From the IMG/VR virus record IMGVR_UViG_3300005831_000022: DNA of 51,168 nucleotides; one strand, given 5' to 3'. A model generated the notes under the pieces. The model saw only the letters and a program-made list of their open reading frames with translations. It was not told the DNA's origin and made no database searches. The DNA is from a virus. The position numbers and the translations under genes were made by a program. Of this stretch, positions 8,460 through 15,693 are shown piece by piece; position 1 is the first letter of the stretch; the number at the start of each line of letters is the position of its first letter.

Positions 8460-9332
8460 ATGGAAGACACTAAGAAACAAACAAAGGGAAAGAGTAACAC
8501 GCTAATCTGTGGAACAATGTTGTGTACATTAATGTTAGTAACATCAAATACATTAATAACAAACGCACATACACAAGAGGTAAACCCAAACATACCAATT
8601 GTAAAGACTACAGTACAACCAACACAAGGAACAATATGTTATCAGGAACATGGTGACAATTGCATGTGTGATAAGTTCGTGGATAATACAATCCCTGTTG
8701 TAACTGTTAAACCCACACACACAGCGACAGCAACAGCAACTAAAGAAGCCTTGACGGATGTGTTAACTGGCAAAACAACAGTTTACAAAGTAGGAAACAC
8801 AATAGTTACACCACAACCAACAACCAAGCCAACACTAAAAGAAGAACAAGCCAATGCAACAACTATACAAATAAACAAAGCAATGGCATCAAGCTACAGT
8901 AAAGGGAAACCTTACAACATCCCTTTAAGTGCAGACCTACAAAGACACATAATTAACAAATGTAAAAAGTACGGTATCAGTCCAAACATTATCATAGGGA
9001 TGATTGATACAGAATCCACCTTTGACCACAATGTAATGGGTGATTACGGTCATAGCTATGGATTAATGCAAATACAAAAGCGTTACCATTACGACACAAT
9101 GAAAAGATTAGGATGCTATAACCTTTTAAACTCATACGATAATGTAAACGTAGGTATTGATATATTCGCACACCTATATTACAAATATGGTAACTACCAT
9201 AAAGCCTTGATGGCTTATAATGGTGGGGAGGGATACGCAGACTATAGAATCAAAAGGGGTATATTGCGTTCTAAGTATAGTAGAAAAGTAATGAACAAAG
9301 CATACCATTATAAAGCCATTCGCAAATATTAA
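8460..9332 (+). CDS. Secreted lytic transglycosylase (SLT domain)
   Basis: N-terminal signal/TM segment LICGTMLCTLMLVTSNTLI and a Thr/Pro-rich linker. SLT motifs are IDTESTF, YGLMQI and AYNGG. Confidence 0.8.
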   Translation: MEDTKKQTKGKSNTLICGTMLCTLMLVTSNTLITNAHTQEVNPNIPIVKTTVQPTQGTICYQEHGDNCMCDKFVDNTIPVVTVKPTHTATATATKEALTDVLTGKTTVYKVGNTIVTPQPTTKPTLKEEQANATTIQINKAMASSYSKGKPYNIPLSADLQRHIINKCKKYGISPNIIIGMIDTESTFDHNVMGDYGHSYGLMQIQKRYHYDTMKRLGCYNLLNSYDNVNVGIDIFAHLYYKYGNYHKALMAYNGGEGYADYRIKRGILRSKYSRKVMNKAYHYKAIRKY

Positions 9333-9347
9333 TTAAATACACACACA

Positions 9348-9443
9348 AAAGCCGATACAAGCCTTGTAGCCACTTAAATACATTATTTTAGAATAATATA
9401 CCTTAAGATAAAAAGTGACGTTTACAAGCCCTGTATCGGCTTT
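9348..9443 (+). terminator. Long imperfect rod hairpin (terminator or small structured RNA)
   Basis: AAAGCCGATACA (9348..9359) pairs with TGTATCGGCTTT (9432..9443). Inner helices are CTTGTA/TACAAG and CACTT/AAGTG. T-rich sequence follows. Confidence 0.5.
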
Positions 9444-9486
9444 ATAATGCCATAAAATAAATTTCATATTTTTTACAAAAAAAGTA

Positions 9487-9515
9487 TTGACAACCAATTC
9501 AACACATGCTATACT
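9487..9515 (+). promoter_or_regulatory. Sigma-70/sigma-A type promoter (extended -10)
   Basis: TTGACA (9487..9492), 17 nt spacer, TGcTATACT (-10 at 9510..9515). Confidence 0.85.
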
Positions 9516-9553
9516 ATCAAAGTACCAAGTAGTTGATTGGTAACAACAAAATA

Positions 9554-9565
9554 TTTCAGTAGAGA
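9554..9565 (+). promoter_or_regulatory. Mini-hairpin box TTTC-AGTA-GAGA
   Basis: The arms pair only if one U-G wobble is allowed. Directly followed by GAGAGGAAA. Confidence 0.5.
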
Positions 9566-9580
9566 GAGGAAACAAAGAAA

Positions 9581-9958
9581 ATGAGTATTATTTACAAATT
9601 GTCGACAGACAAAAGGTGTGAACTACAGGCGATACAAGTAAACGCCAATAACATCTATGACAAAATGAGCGAAGCAATAGGAAACACAATGGAACACGTA
9701 CACGTTAAAGGACTTGATGAAAACAACATTACAATGTTTTGTGATGATGAATTTCTTTTGAACAAAAAACAAGAGTTAGAAAACGTGTCAATTTACCTGT
9801 TTTACAAGAACCTACCTATATTAGGTAATGTTATCTTTGCAGGATTCGACAAGGGAACAGGTGATAGCTTGCCACTTACAAGCGAACAAATCACCATCAT
9901 ACAGAAACTAATCAAGAAGACTACAATTGCAGGCATTGGCATTGCATACGTAGAGTAA
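9581..9958 (+). CDS. Hypothetical protein (DUF3846-like?)
   Basis: C-terminal pattern ILGNVIFAGFDKGTGDSLPLTSEQ recalls DUF3846 proteins. This is recalled from memory only. Confidence 0.35.
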   Translation: MSIIYKLSTDKRCELQAIQVNANNIYDKMSEAIGNTMEHVHVKGLDENNITMFCDDEFLLNKKQELENVSIYLFYKNLPILGNVIFAGFDKGTGDSLPLTSEQITIIQKLIKKTTIAGIGIAYVE

Positions 9959-10037
9959 CAACAAAGTATATACGCAGGGTGTAAAAGCCCTGTTGTATGT
10001 ACAAACAAAAAGAAATAAAAAAAGTTTCAAAAAAGTG

Positions 10038-10066
10038 TTGACAAGTGTTTCAATACATGTTACACT
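10038..10066 (+). promoter_or_regulatory. Sigma-70/sigma-A type promoter (extended -10)
   Basis: AAAAAGTG-TTGACA (10038..10043), 17 nt spacer, TGtTACACT (-10 at 10061..10066). Confidence 0.8.
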
Positions 10067-10093
10067 GTAAAAGTAGCAGATAGCTACAAAATA

Positions 10094-10105
10094 ACTCGAT
10101 AGAGT
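10094..10105 (+). promoter_or_regulatory. Mini-hairpin box ACTC-GATA-GAGT
   Basis: Perfect arms, directly followed by AGGAG. Confidence 0.55.
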
Positions 10106-10118
10106 AGGAGAGAAAACC

Positions 10119-10385
10119 ATGAAAACAATTTACGACGTTAAAACAATATTAAAGAGAGCACACAACATAAAGAAACAAGCAGGATGCACAATGTCAGAAG
10201 CTCTAAAGTTTTCATGGGCTATCGAGAAAAAAGAAATCGAAATCAGAACGTACAACGCACGTTTTGACGGTGAAGTAGTAACTTGGTCTATATGGACGGG
10301 TTACGGTAAAGTAAGAGCATATTACACATGTTCATGGCGTTCAAAATACGCAGACGCTAAAAAGACAAACTTTGTAAGCATGTAA
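10119..10385 (+). CDS. Hypothetical protein (88 aa)
   Basis: Good RBS. No motif recognised. Confidence 0.6.
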   Translation: MKTIYDVKTILKRAHNIKKQAGCTMSEALKFSWAIEKKEIEIRTYNARFDGEVVTWSIWTGYGKVRAYYTCSWRSKYADAKKTNFVSM

Positions 10386-10424
10386 AGGATAGGTTAGCAT
10401 AAACATCAAGATGGAGGGGATAAC

Positions 10425-10583
10425 ATGGTATCATGTAAAGTCAGAAACACACCTAAAATGAAAAAGGTGTTAAAGAAAGTGTTGTCAAGAAAAAGAAGAC
10501 ATCACACAAAGAAAGTGAACGATATGTCATTCATAGGTTCACGAAAAGAAAATAACAAGTATGTAAGCAATTACGACTTGTAA
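10425..10583 (+). CDS. Small basic protein (52 aa), tentative
   Basis: ATG after GGAGGGG. Lys/Arg-rich. Below the ORF-track cutoff. Confidence 0.35.
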   Translation: MVSCKVRNTPKMKKVLKKVLSRKRRHHTKKVNDMSFIGSRKENNKYVSNYDL

Positions 10584-10605
10584 CATAATAAAGGAGGTGT
10601 TAACA

Positions 10606-10746
10606 ATGCTATGTAATAGATGTGGTGGTGCGTGCTGGGAAGAAAGCAACATGTGTTTCGAATGTGGATATCCAGCAGGTGCAGAATGGGAAGAACCTAC
10701 ACAAGAAGAAGCACAGAAAACGACACAAGAAGCAATAAACATGTAA
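10606..10746 (+). CDS. Small zinc-ribbon protein (46 aa)
   Basis: ATG 7 nt after AAGGAGGTG. CNRCGG...CFECGY followed by an acidic tail. Confidence 0.5.
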   Translation: MLCNRCGGACWEESNMCFECGYPAGAEWEEPTQEEAQKTTQEAINM

Positions 10747-10793
10747 CTTAAAACATAAATTAAGCACAGTAGTGCAACAAGGAGGAAATAAAA

Positions 10794-11252
10794 ATGGAAA
10801 GATTTAAAACAAAGGTACAAATAATAAAAATCGGGGATATAATGAACACGATTGACGTCGTGTGTAACAATAGATTTTGTTTTACTTACGACCAATGTGC
10901 ACGTGATGGTACAGACGAATGTCTGTATTGTGCACACGGTGACAGTCACGGTAATTGTGGTATACTTGATGTGTCAGAGTGTGTTATAACTAAGGTAAAA
11001 AAACGTAACCTAAACGATGGTTACAAAAAGATACGTTTTGCGAAAGAATCAAAACACCCAAAAGTTAGACTAGGATTATTGAAAATCTTTCAAGAGGTGT
11101 ATTCTGAAAGTATGGAATGTAATGTTGTTGTGTATCAAATCGACGAACCAAATAATCGTATTTGGGCACAAAGAAAAAGTTGTAAACCGTCGAAGTGCTT
11201 TTTCGTAAAGCATTTAGATATAAACGACATATCAGAAAAAAGAGAGGTGTAG
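10794..11252 (+). CDS. Cys-rich protein
   Basis: RBS AAGGAGG. About 10 Cys in the first 65 aa (CNNRFC...C...CLYCAHGDSHGNCG...C). Confidence 0.6.
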   Translation: MERFKTKVQIIKIGDIMNTIDVVCNNRFCFTYDQCARDGTDECLYCAHGDSHGNCGILDVSECVITKVKKRNLNDGYKKIRFAKESKHPKVRLGLLKIFQEVYSESMECNVVVYQIDEPNNRIWAQRKSCKPSKCFFVKHLDINDISEKREV

Positions 11253-11255
11253 CAA

Positions 11256-11762
11256 ATGGAAAATAAATATGTTTTTGAATTTACAGATAACGCAGAGAAA
11301 AACGAACACGCACAAAAATGCTTAGATTTTGTTGTAGAGTGTGTTAAAGATTACTCATACGACAAAAGAGAAGCGAACCTAATAATGCGTGGTTACCTTA
11401 TCGCACTATTAGGTAACGAAATATCAGCACGTTCTATGGAAGCAAACACCTACGCAAAAGAACGTATCAAAAACGCATACGACATGCGTGTTAAGTATAG
11501 GTATGGCGTTAGTGATATAACGTTTAAAAATTGTACTGTGTCACGTATGCAGGACGCCTATGTCCTTGTAGGTAGAGAGGGAAACAAAGATATAAGGGTA
11601 ATGCAACCTTTTAACACTCCAATTGGAGATTACACAGACAGGATTGTGTACATCATATCACCCAATAAAAATGATATGTATGCACACATGGTAAGCGTTC
11701 TCGGACTAACGGAAGAAAAAGCACAAGACATTATGCTTTTTAACTTAGAACACAGACTTTAA
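11256..11762 (+). CDS. Hypothetical protein
   Basis: RBS AGAGAGG. No motif recognised. Confidence 0.6.
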   Translation: MENKYVFEFTDNAEKNEHAQKCLDFVVECVKDYSYDKREANLIMRGYLIALLGNEISARSMEANTYAKERIKNAYDMRVKYRYGVSDITFKNCTVSRMQDAYVLVGREGNKDIRVMQPFNTPIGDYTDRIVYIISPNKNDMYAHMVSVLGLTEEKAQDIMLFNLEHRL

Positions 11763-11781
11763 TATTTTTTAAAAAAAAGTG

Positions 11782-11810
11782 TTGACACGCTTACAAACAT
11801 GTGTTAACAT
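11782..11810 (+). promoter_or_regulatory. Sigma-70/sigma-A type promoter (extended -10)
   Basis: AAAAAAGTG-TTGACA (11782..11787), 17 nt spacer, TGtTAACAT (-10 at 11805..11810). Confidence 0.75.
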
Positions 11811-11816
11811 ATAGAA

Positions 11817-12032
11817 GTAACAAACAGTTAGTAAACAGCAAGACACGAAACACTTGCGAATCTCTAAACCGTTACCACTGTAAAGCGTAACCGTCCGACA
11901 CATAGGAAGTGATTGTGTGTGCTGTATGTGAAATAGTGAAACACATGAGCCAAACGCACTCGCAAGGAATGAGCGTTAAAATCCACGCACTTCTCACACA
12001 GGGGTGCGTAATGTTAAAAACATAAAAAAATA
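11817..12032 (+). ncRNA. Long structured 5' leader / candidate cis-regulatory or small RNA
   Basis: About 245 nt between the predicted +1 and ATG 12061, with no plausible ORF and locally higher GC. Helices: CTTGCGA (11853..11859)/TCGCAAG (11960..11966), GTTAC/GTAAC, CACAT/ATGTG, ACGCAC (11985..11990)/GTGCGT (12004..12009), ATGTT/AACAT. Confidence 0.45.
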
Positions 12033-12044
12033 GCACAGTGGTGC
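12033..12044 (+). promoter_or_regulatory. Mini-hairpin box GCAC-AGTG-GTGC
   Basis: Perfect arms, 3 nt upstream of AAAGAGG. Confidence 0.5.
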
Positions 12045-12060
12045 ACGAAAGAGGTAAAAA

Positions 12061-12888
12061 ATGATTACATACAAAAATATTAAATTCAATGAGAAAGTTT
12101 CAAAGAAAAGAGAAACATTATTTAAAATAGGCATGAGTGTAATAGAGTGTAAGAGAGTTATGGAAGAAAAAGAAACAAATTTTATTTTAGACATATCAGA
12201 TACAATTGATTCGGTAAATAATACTCACATAATGTCAAAGGCAATAAAAACGTCTATGATGATTATTGAAGAATTAGGACTATATAGATACAGTAACAAA
12301 ATGTTACAAAGTGTTAATGAATTTTTGAGCAATAAAACTATAAAAGAGGTATTTACAGTTGTTTTACAGGCTTATGAATTTTTCGCAATTCAAAATGATA
12401 CAGCAAAAGAAAAGATACTACGTTTTGAAAGTTTTGAAAAATTCATTGACAGTATATTTAAATTTTCTGTGTATGAGTTAAGAACTATTGTAACACTAGA
12501 AGAAATTATATCAAGTGTAAGCTATGTATGTGAGCGTGTGTACACACAAGTTCAAACAGTTGTAAATTTAACACCACATGATATTGTAATTCTAAATGAA
12601 GATGGTACAGAAAAGATTGTGTACAAAAGTGAGGGTATCGCTAGAGTATCAGCAACACAAACTTTATCTTACCAATTCACAGACCAAAACTGTTTACAAC
12701 ATGACGTATATAAACCGTCATACGGTGAAGTATCAGGATTGCCAGCACAACAAGACGGATTCATGTACATAGTATCAGGGATGGTAAAAAGTGCCCTACC
12801 TGATAGAAATGATTGCATATGTCCAAATGCACTGTTAATGGTACGTGAAAACGGTGTACCAAAAGGCACACAAGCATTTCAGGAATAA
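12061..12888 (+). CDS. Hypothetical two-domain protein
   Basis: Helical N-terminal half. The beta-rich C-terminal part (LTPHDIVIL...GIARVS...GLP...YIVSGMV...R.D...P...VRENG.P.G) resembles an uncharacterised phage/plasmid domain that I cannot name. Confidence 0.55.
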   Translation: MITYKNIKFNEKVSKKRETLFKIGMSVIECKRVMEEKETNFILDISDTIDSVNNTHIMSKAIKTSMMIIEELGLYRYSNKMLQSVNEFLSNKTIKEVFTVVLQAYEFFAIQNDTAKEKILRFESFEKFIDSIFKFSVYELRTIVTLEEIISSVSYVCERVYTQVQTVVNLTPHDIVILNEDGTEKIVYKSEGIARVSATQTLSYQFTDQNCLQHDVYKPSYGEVSGLPAQQDGFMYIVSGMVKSALPDRNDCICPNALLMVRENGVPKGTQAFQE

Positions 12889-12912
12889 CAAAACAAATAA
12901 CTAAGTATAGTA

Positions 12913-12937
12913 AGGTGGTGCGTAACAAACACCACCT
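12913..12937 (+). other. Stem-loop (8 bp) followed by an A-rich tract
   Basis: AGGTGGTG (12913..12920) pairs with CACCACCT (12930..12937). Confidence 0.5.
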
Positions 12938-12980
12938 AAAAACAAAATAAAACATAATAAGAAAGAATGAGGGTTCACAC

Positions 12981-13352
12981 ATGGAAACAACATTCAAAAT
13001 GGTATTACCTAGAACAATGAGAGGTAACAGCTGTATAGACTTAAATGAAAGCAATATACAAGCCGTGTATAGAAGAAAGAATCAAGAAATCAAGAAACTA
13101 GGAAGCGATAGGATAGCACCATTAACAGGTCTTATTATCCAAGTGGACAACAAGCCATACAGATTGATTAAGATTCAACGTGAGTATATTGGGACGCACC
13201 CATTTACAAACATTCAGCAAGAGACAGCAGACAAAAATATCATATATTGGGGCATCATGGCACAATGTAACGATATAAGCGATTTTGTACTATACTACCA
13301 AAAGGAGGATGCGACACCATGCCTTTTGACTTCAAGAAACAACGAATCGTAA
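12981..13352 (+). CDS. Hypothetical protein
   Basis: RBS GAGGG upstream of the ATG. Confidence 0.55.
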   Translation: METTFKMVLPRTMRGNSCIDLNESNIQAVYRRKNQEIKKLGSDRIAPLTGLIIQVDNKPYRLIKIQREYIGTHPFTNIQQETADKNIIYWGIMAQCNDISDFVLYYQKEDATPCLLTSRNNES

Positions 13353-13786
13353 CAGATGAAGAATATCAAAACTTCAACCAGTTAACCATTCAACAAATTG
13401 AAAGAATCAGAGAAGTATATAAAGAAGAGTCATCAATCGACCGTACAGCAGAAATTACAGGTCATTGTAGAAATACAATAAATAAGTACGTTAAAGATAT
13501 AAGTGTCCTTAAACGCAACAGCAGGGACTACGAGGGCAACGAAGTATTAAGGATATGCCCTAACACTGGAAAGATAGAAAGACGCTATAAAACGCAATTA
13601 CAAGCCTCAAAAGATAACTTCATTTCCCCTGACACGTTAAACAAGTGCATCAAGGGGCACACAGCAACAGCAGGAGGAAAAGTTTGGGTTTTGGAAAGTG
13701 AATATGACCAAAACAAAGATTATACCGTAAAAAGCAAATTTCACTTTTCAGACATTGCAAAACTCAATAGAATATTATTCATGTAA
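13319..13786 (+). CDS. HTH DNA-binding protein; candidate late-gene regulator
   Basis: HTH-like DRTAEITGHCRNTINKYVKD. C-terminal YKTQLQASKDNFIS...TAGGKVW resembles NUMOD/IENR-type DNA-binding modules. It sits about 1 kb upstream of terS, where ArpU/RinA-type activators usually lie. Confidence 0.45.
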   Translation: MPFDFKKQRIVTDEEYQNFNQLTIQQIERIREVYKEESSIDRTAEITGHCRNTINKYVKDISVLKRNSRDYEGNEVLRICPNTGKIERRYKTQLQASKDNFISPDTLNKCIKGHTATAGGKVWVLESEYDQNKDYTVKSKFHFSDIAKLNRILFM

Positions 13787-13800
13787 ATATAAAATAAAAG

Positions 13801-13841
13801 CAAATAAAAGGCAAAAAAGTGTTGACAATGCCTTTTATTTG
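13801..13841 (+). terminator. 13-bp hairpin terminator whose loop carries the next promoter's -35
   Basis: CAAATAAAAGGCA (13801..13813) pairs with TGCCTTTTATTTG (13829..13841). The loop is AAAAAGTGTTGACAA. Confidence 0.65.
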
Positions 13842-13850
13842 TTATATAAT
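13822..13850 (+). promoter_or_regulatory. Sigma-70/sigma-A type promoter
   Basis: TTGACA (13822..13827), 17 nt spacer, TATAAT (13845..13850). Confidence 0.85.
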
Positions 13851-13884
13851 AAGAGAGTAGTAAGTAATTACTTGCTAACATCAA

Positions 13885-13896
13885 TGTCAGTAGACA
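13885..13896 (+). promoter_or_regulatory. Mini-hairpin box TGTC-AGTA-GACA
   Basis: Perfect arms, directly followed by AAGGAG. Confidence 0.6.
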
Positions 13897-13911
13897 AAGG
13901 AGACAGAAAAA

Positions 13912-14172
13912 ATGATAACATTAGAAATGGTAAAAGAAAATATGCAATCAATGGTTGCATGTACATTCACAAAAGAAGAATTGGAAGATGTGTGTATAAT
14001 ATCTTTCCAAGATTACGAAGAAAACGACACAAGCGAAATAATATTTTCGCAACTAGGAAGAAACACATTTACAGCATACGTAAACAGCGAAGATGGAAAT
14101 GGTTACATCATAGAAACATCAAGCCATGTTGTAAATGGTGAAAATGTGTTTTTAGTTGAAGAGATAAGGTAA
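13912..14172 (+). CDS. Hypothetical acidic protein (86 aa)
   Basis: Good RBS. The overlapping 13755..14141 ORF is rejected. Confidence 0.6.
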   Translation: MITLEMVKENMQSMVACTFTKEELEDVCIISFQDYEENDTSEIIFSQLGRNTFTAYVNSEDGNGYIIETSSHVVNGENVFLVEEIR

Positions 14173-14180
14173 ACAAAGTT

Positions 14181-14252
14181 TCGCACTCTATAACAGGTAT
14201 AGTAAACGTTTATAACCAACAAACGTGTGTGGTTCAACTCCACTAGTGCGAA
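14181..14252 (+). ncRNA. tRNA-like element (non-canonical cloverleaf, no encoded CCA)
   Basis: Perfect 7-bp acceptor stem, TCGCACT (14181..14187) with AGTGCGA (14245..14251). Canonical T-arm GTGG-TTCAACT-CCAC. Total length 72 nt. The D region is a 5-bp/5-nt hairpin (CTATA-ACAGG-TATAG). The anticodon stem CGTTT/AAACG closes a 9-nt loop ATAACCAAC, and the variable region is only 1-3 nt. Confidence 0.45.
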
Positions 14253-14255
14253 TTA

Positions 14256-14327
14256 ACAGGTTACAAGCACAACAAATAATAAACATGCGATTATCCCCTC
14301 GATTACTGTATGTAGCTTGTAACCTGT
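14256..14327 (+). other. Clamp hairpin (13-bp perfect stem, 46-nt loop)
   Basis: ACAGGTTACAAGC (14256..14268) pairs with GCTTGTAACCTGT (14315..14327). Confidence 0.6.
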
Positions 14328-14331
14328 ATTA

Positions 14332-14343
14332 TGTCAATAGACA
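14332..14343 (+). promoter_or_regulatory. Mini-hairpin box TGTC-AATA-GACA
   Basis: Perfect arms, directly followed by AAGGAGGG. Confidence 0.55.
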
Positions 14344-14356
14344 AAGGAGGGAATCA

Positions 14357-14503
14357 ATGTTAGATAAAATAAATGACTTCTTTAGTAAGTCGCAAACAAC
14401 AGAACAAGACATGAAAAAGCGTGTAAGCACAAAAGAGGCTACAAGACACATGTCAAAGATTCAACGTGTAGTAATAGACAACACAAAACATACTAAAAAG
14501 TAA
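14357..14503 (+). CDS. Small hypothetical protein (48 aa)
   Basis: ATG 7 nt after AAGGAGGG. The track ORF 14225..14503 is trimmed because its 5' part overlaps the tRNA-like element and hairpin. Confidence 0.5.
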   Translation: MLDKINDFFSKSQTTEQDMKKRVSTKEATRHMSKIQRVVIDNTKHTKK

Positions 14504-14520
14504 AAGAGGTGATACAGACA

Positions 14521-14724
14521 ATGTTGTCACTAGTAAGCAGAATAAGACTAAAAATAAAGATATTCAAAAACAGGTTACGCTTAAGGTTGTTACACAACGA
14601 GATAACATCATTAGAACTAATATTTAATGATAAGCGTAAGCAGTTGACAGAAACACAGAAACGCACGTTAAGAAAACGTGCTAGCGAGATATTCGCAGAG
14701 ATAGAAACAATAACAACACTGTAA
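14521..14724 (+). CDS. Small basic coiled-coil protein (67 aa)
   Basis: ATG about 8 nt after AAGAGGTG. Confidence 0.45.
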   Translation: MLSLVSRIRLKIKIFKNRLRLRLLHNEITSLELIFNDKRKQLTETQKRTLRKRASEIFAEIETITTL

Positions 14725-14889
14725 ACACCATGTAACACAGTAATACAATTTCATAGTGTGCACTGACAAGGTTCATTTGTTTGAACACCTTGAAACAGCA
14801 AACAATAAAAGGATAACGTGTTACCAATGCATGTATATCCTTATTGCTGTATTAAGAGGTAAAATGAAAACATTGGAGGATAAGACAAA

Positions 14890-15687
14890 ATGAAGAAACA
14901 TTCACCAGCACACACAACAACAGGTGGTATTGTAGCCGATAGATTTCTATGTAATGACGGTGAATTACTACTAAGTGCGTATTCACGAGACGGAATGACA
15001 ATGAAAGAGATAGCCGAAAAGATAGGCGTTAACGTGTCCACGCTGTACTCATGGATGACTGACTTCCCTAACATCAAGAAAGCGTTACAAACAGGAAGAG
15101 ACATAGTTGATTACAAAGTAGAAAACGCATTGTTAAAACGTGCACTAGGTTACACGACAAAAGAAAGTAAGATTACAATGGAGTTAAAAGACGGATGCAT
15201 GACACAAACAAAAGTGGAAACAATCCAAAAAGAAGTTGACCCAAATGTAACAGCTATCGTTGTATGGTTAAACAACCGTAAACCTGATACATGGAAACGT
15301 AACCGAGACAACGTACTAGAAACAACAGACAAAGATAGTAACATAACAGTTAACATTTTCCATGATGGTAAGAAGAAAGATTTAAGTCAATCAACAGAAG
15401 ACGATACACCAATGGATGATACAACAGCAAGCGTAACAACACAACAAAGCACAACAGATATTACAGTAGTAAATAATCAAGAAAGTGCAAGCGATGAAAT
15501 ACGCAAACAACACAATAAACATTTAGAAGAAGAATACAACAAAAACAATGTAAACACAAAAGTGCAAACAGACCACACTTTAACTCACACAGTTGAATTA
15601 ACATGGGATGAAGATGAATGGGAAGAAACAACAACACCTGTTACCACGCAATCAGACGATTGGGATGATGAAGATGAATGGGGGTAA
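14890..15687 (+). CDS. terS: Terminase small subunit
   Basis: HTH MTMKEIAEKIGVNVSTLYSWM plus ...VVWLNNRKPDTWKRNRD, immediately upstream of terL. Long acidic Trp-rich C-terminal extension. Confidence 0.7.
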   Translation: MKKHSPAHTTTGGIVADRFLCNDGELLLSAYSRDGMTMKEIAEKIGVNVSTLYSWMTDFPNIKKALQTGRDIVDYKVENALLKRALGYTTKESKITMELKDGCMTQTKVETIQKEVDPNVTAIVVWLNNRKPDTWKRNRDNVLETTDKDSNITVNIFHDGKKKDLSQSTEDDTPMDDTTASVTTQQSTTDITVVNNQESASDEIRKQHNKHLEEEYNKNNVNTKVQTDHTLTHTVELTWDEDEWEETTTPVTTQSDDWDDEDEWG

Positions 15688-15693
15688 CAACAC

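Noticed and set aside
11985-12012. T-box riboswitch (GGGTG-containing segment) in the 11.8-kb leader.
   Set aside because: Only a 5-nt resemblance to the T-box sequence exists. I could recognise no specifier-loop/Stem I features and no terminator with a U-tract.
13755-14141. 128-aa plus-strand ORF rich in Lys/Arg.
   Set aside because: It spans the terminator/promoter at 13801..13850 and overlaps the RBS-supported CDS 13912..14172 in another frame. Its composition is an artefact of reading A-rich sequence out of frame.
14181-14252. tRNA-like segment interpreted as an attP core (the 3' end of a host tRNA gene).
   Set aside because: No integrase, excisionase or repressor is present anywhere. 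The segment also includes a matching 5' acceptor strand, which attP cores normally lack.
14225-14356. N-terminal 44 codons of track ORF 14225..14503.
   Set aside because: They overlap the T-arm/acceptor of the tRNA-like element and the 13-bp hairpin, and there is no RBS. A strong RBS precedes the internal ATG at 14357.
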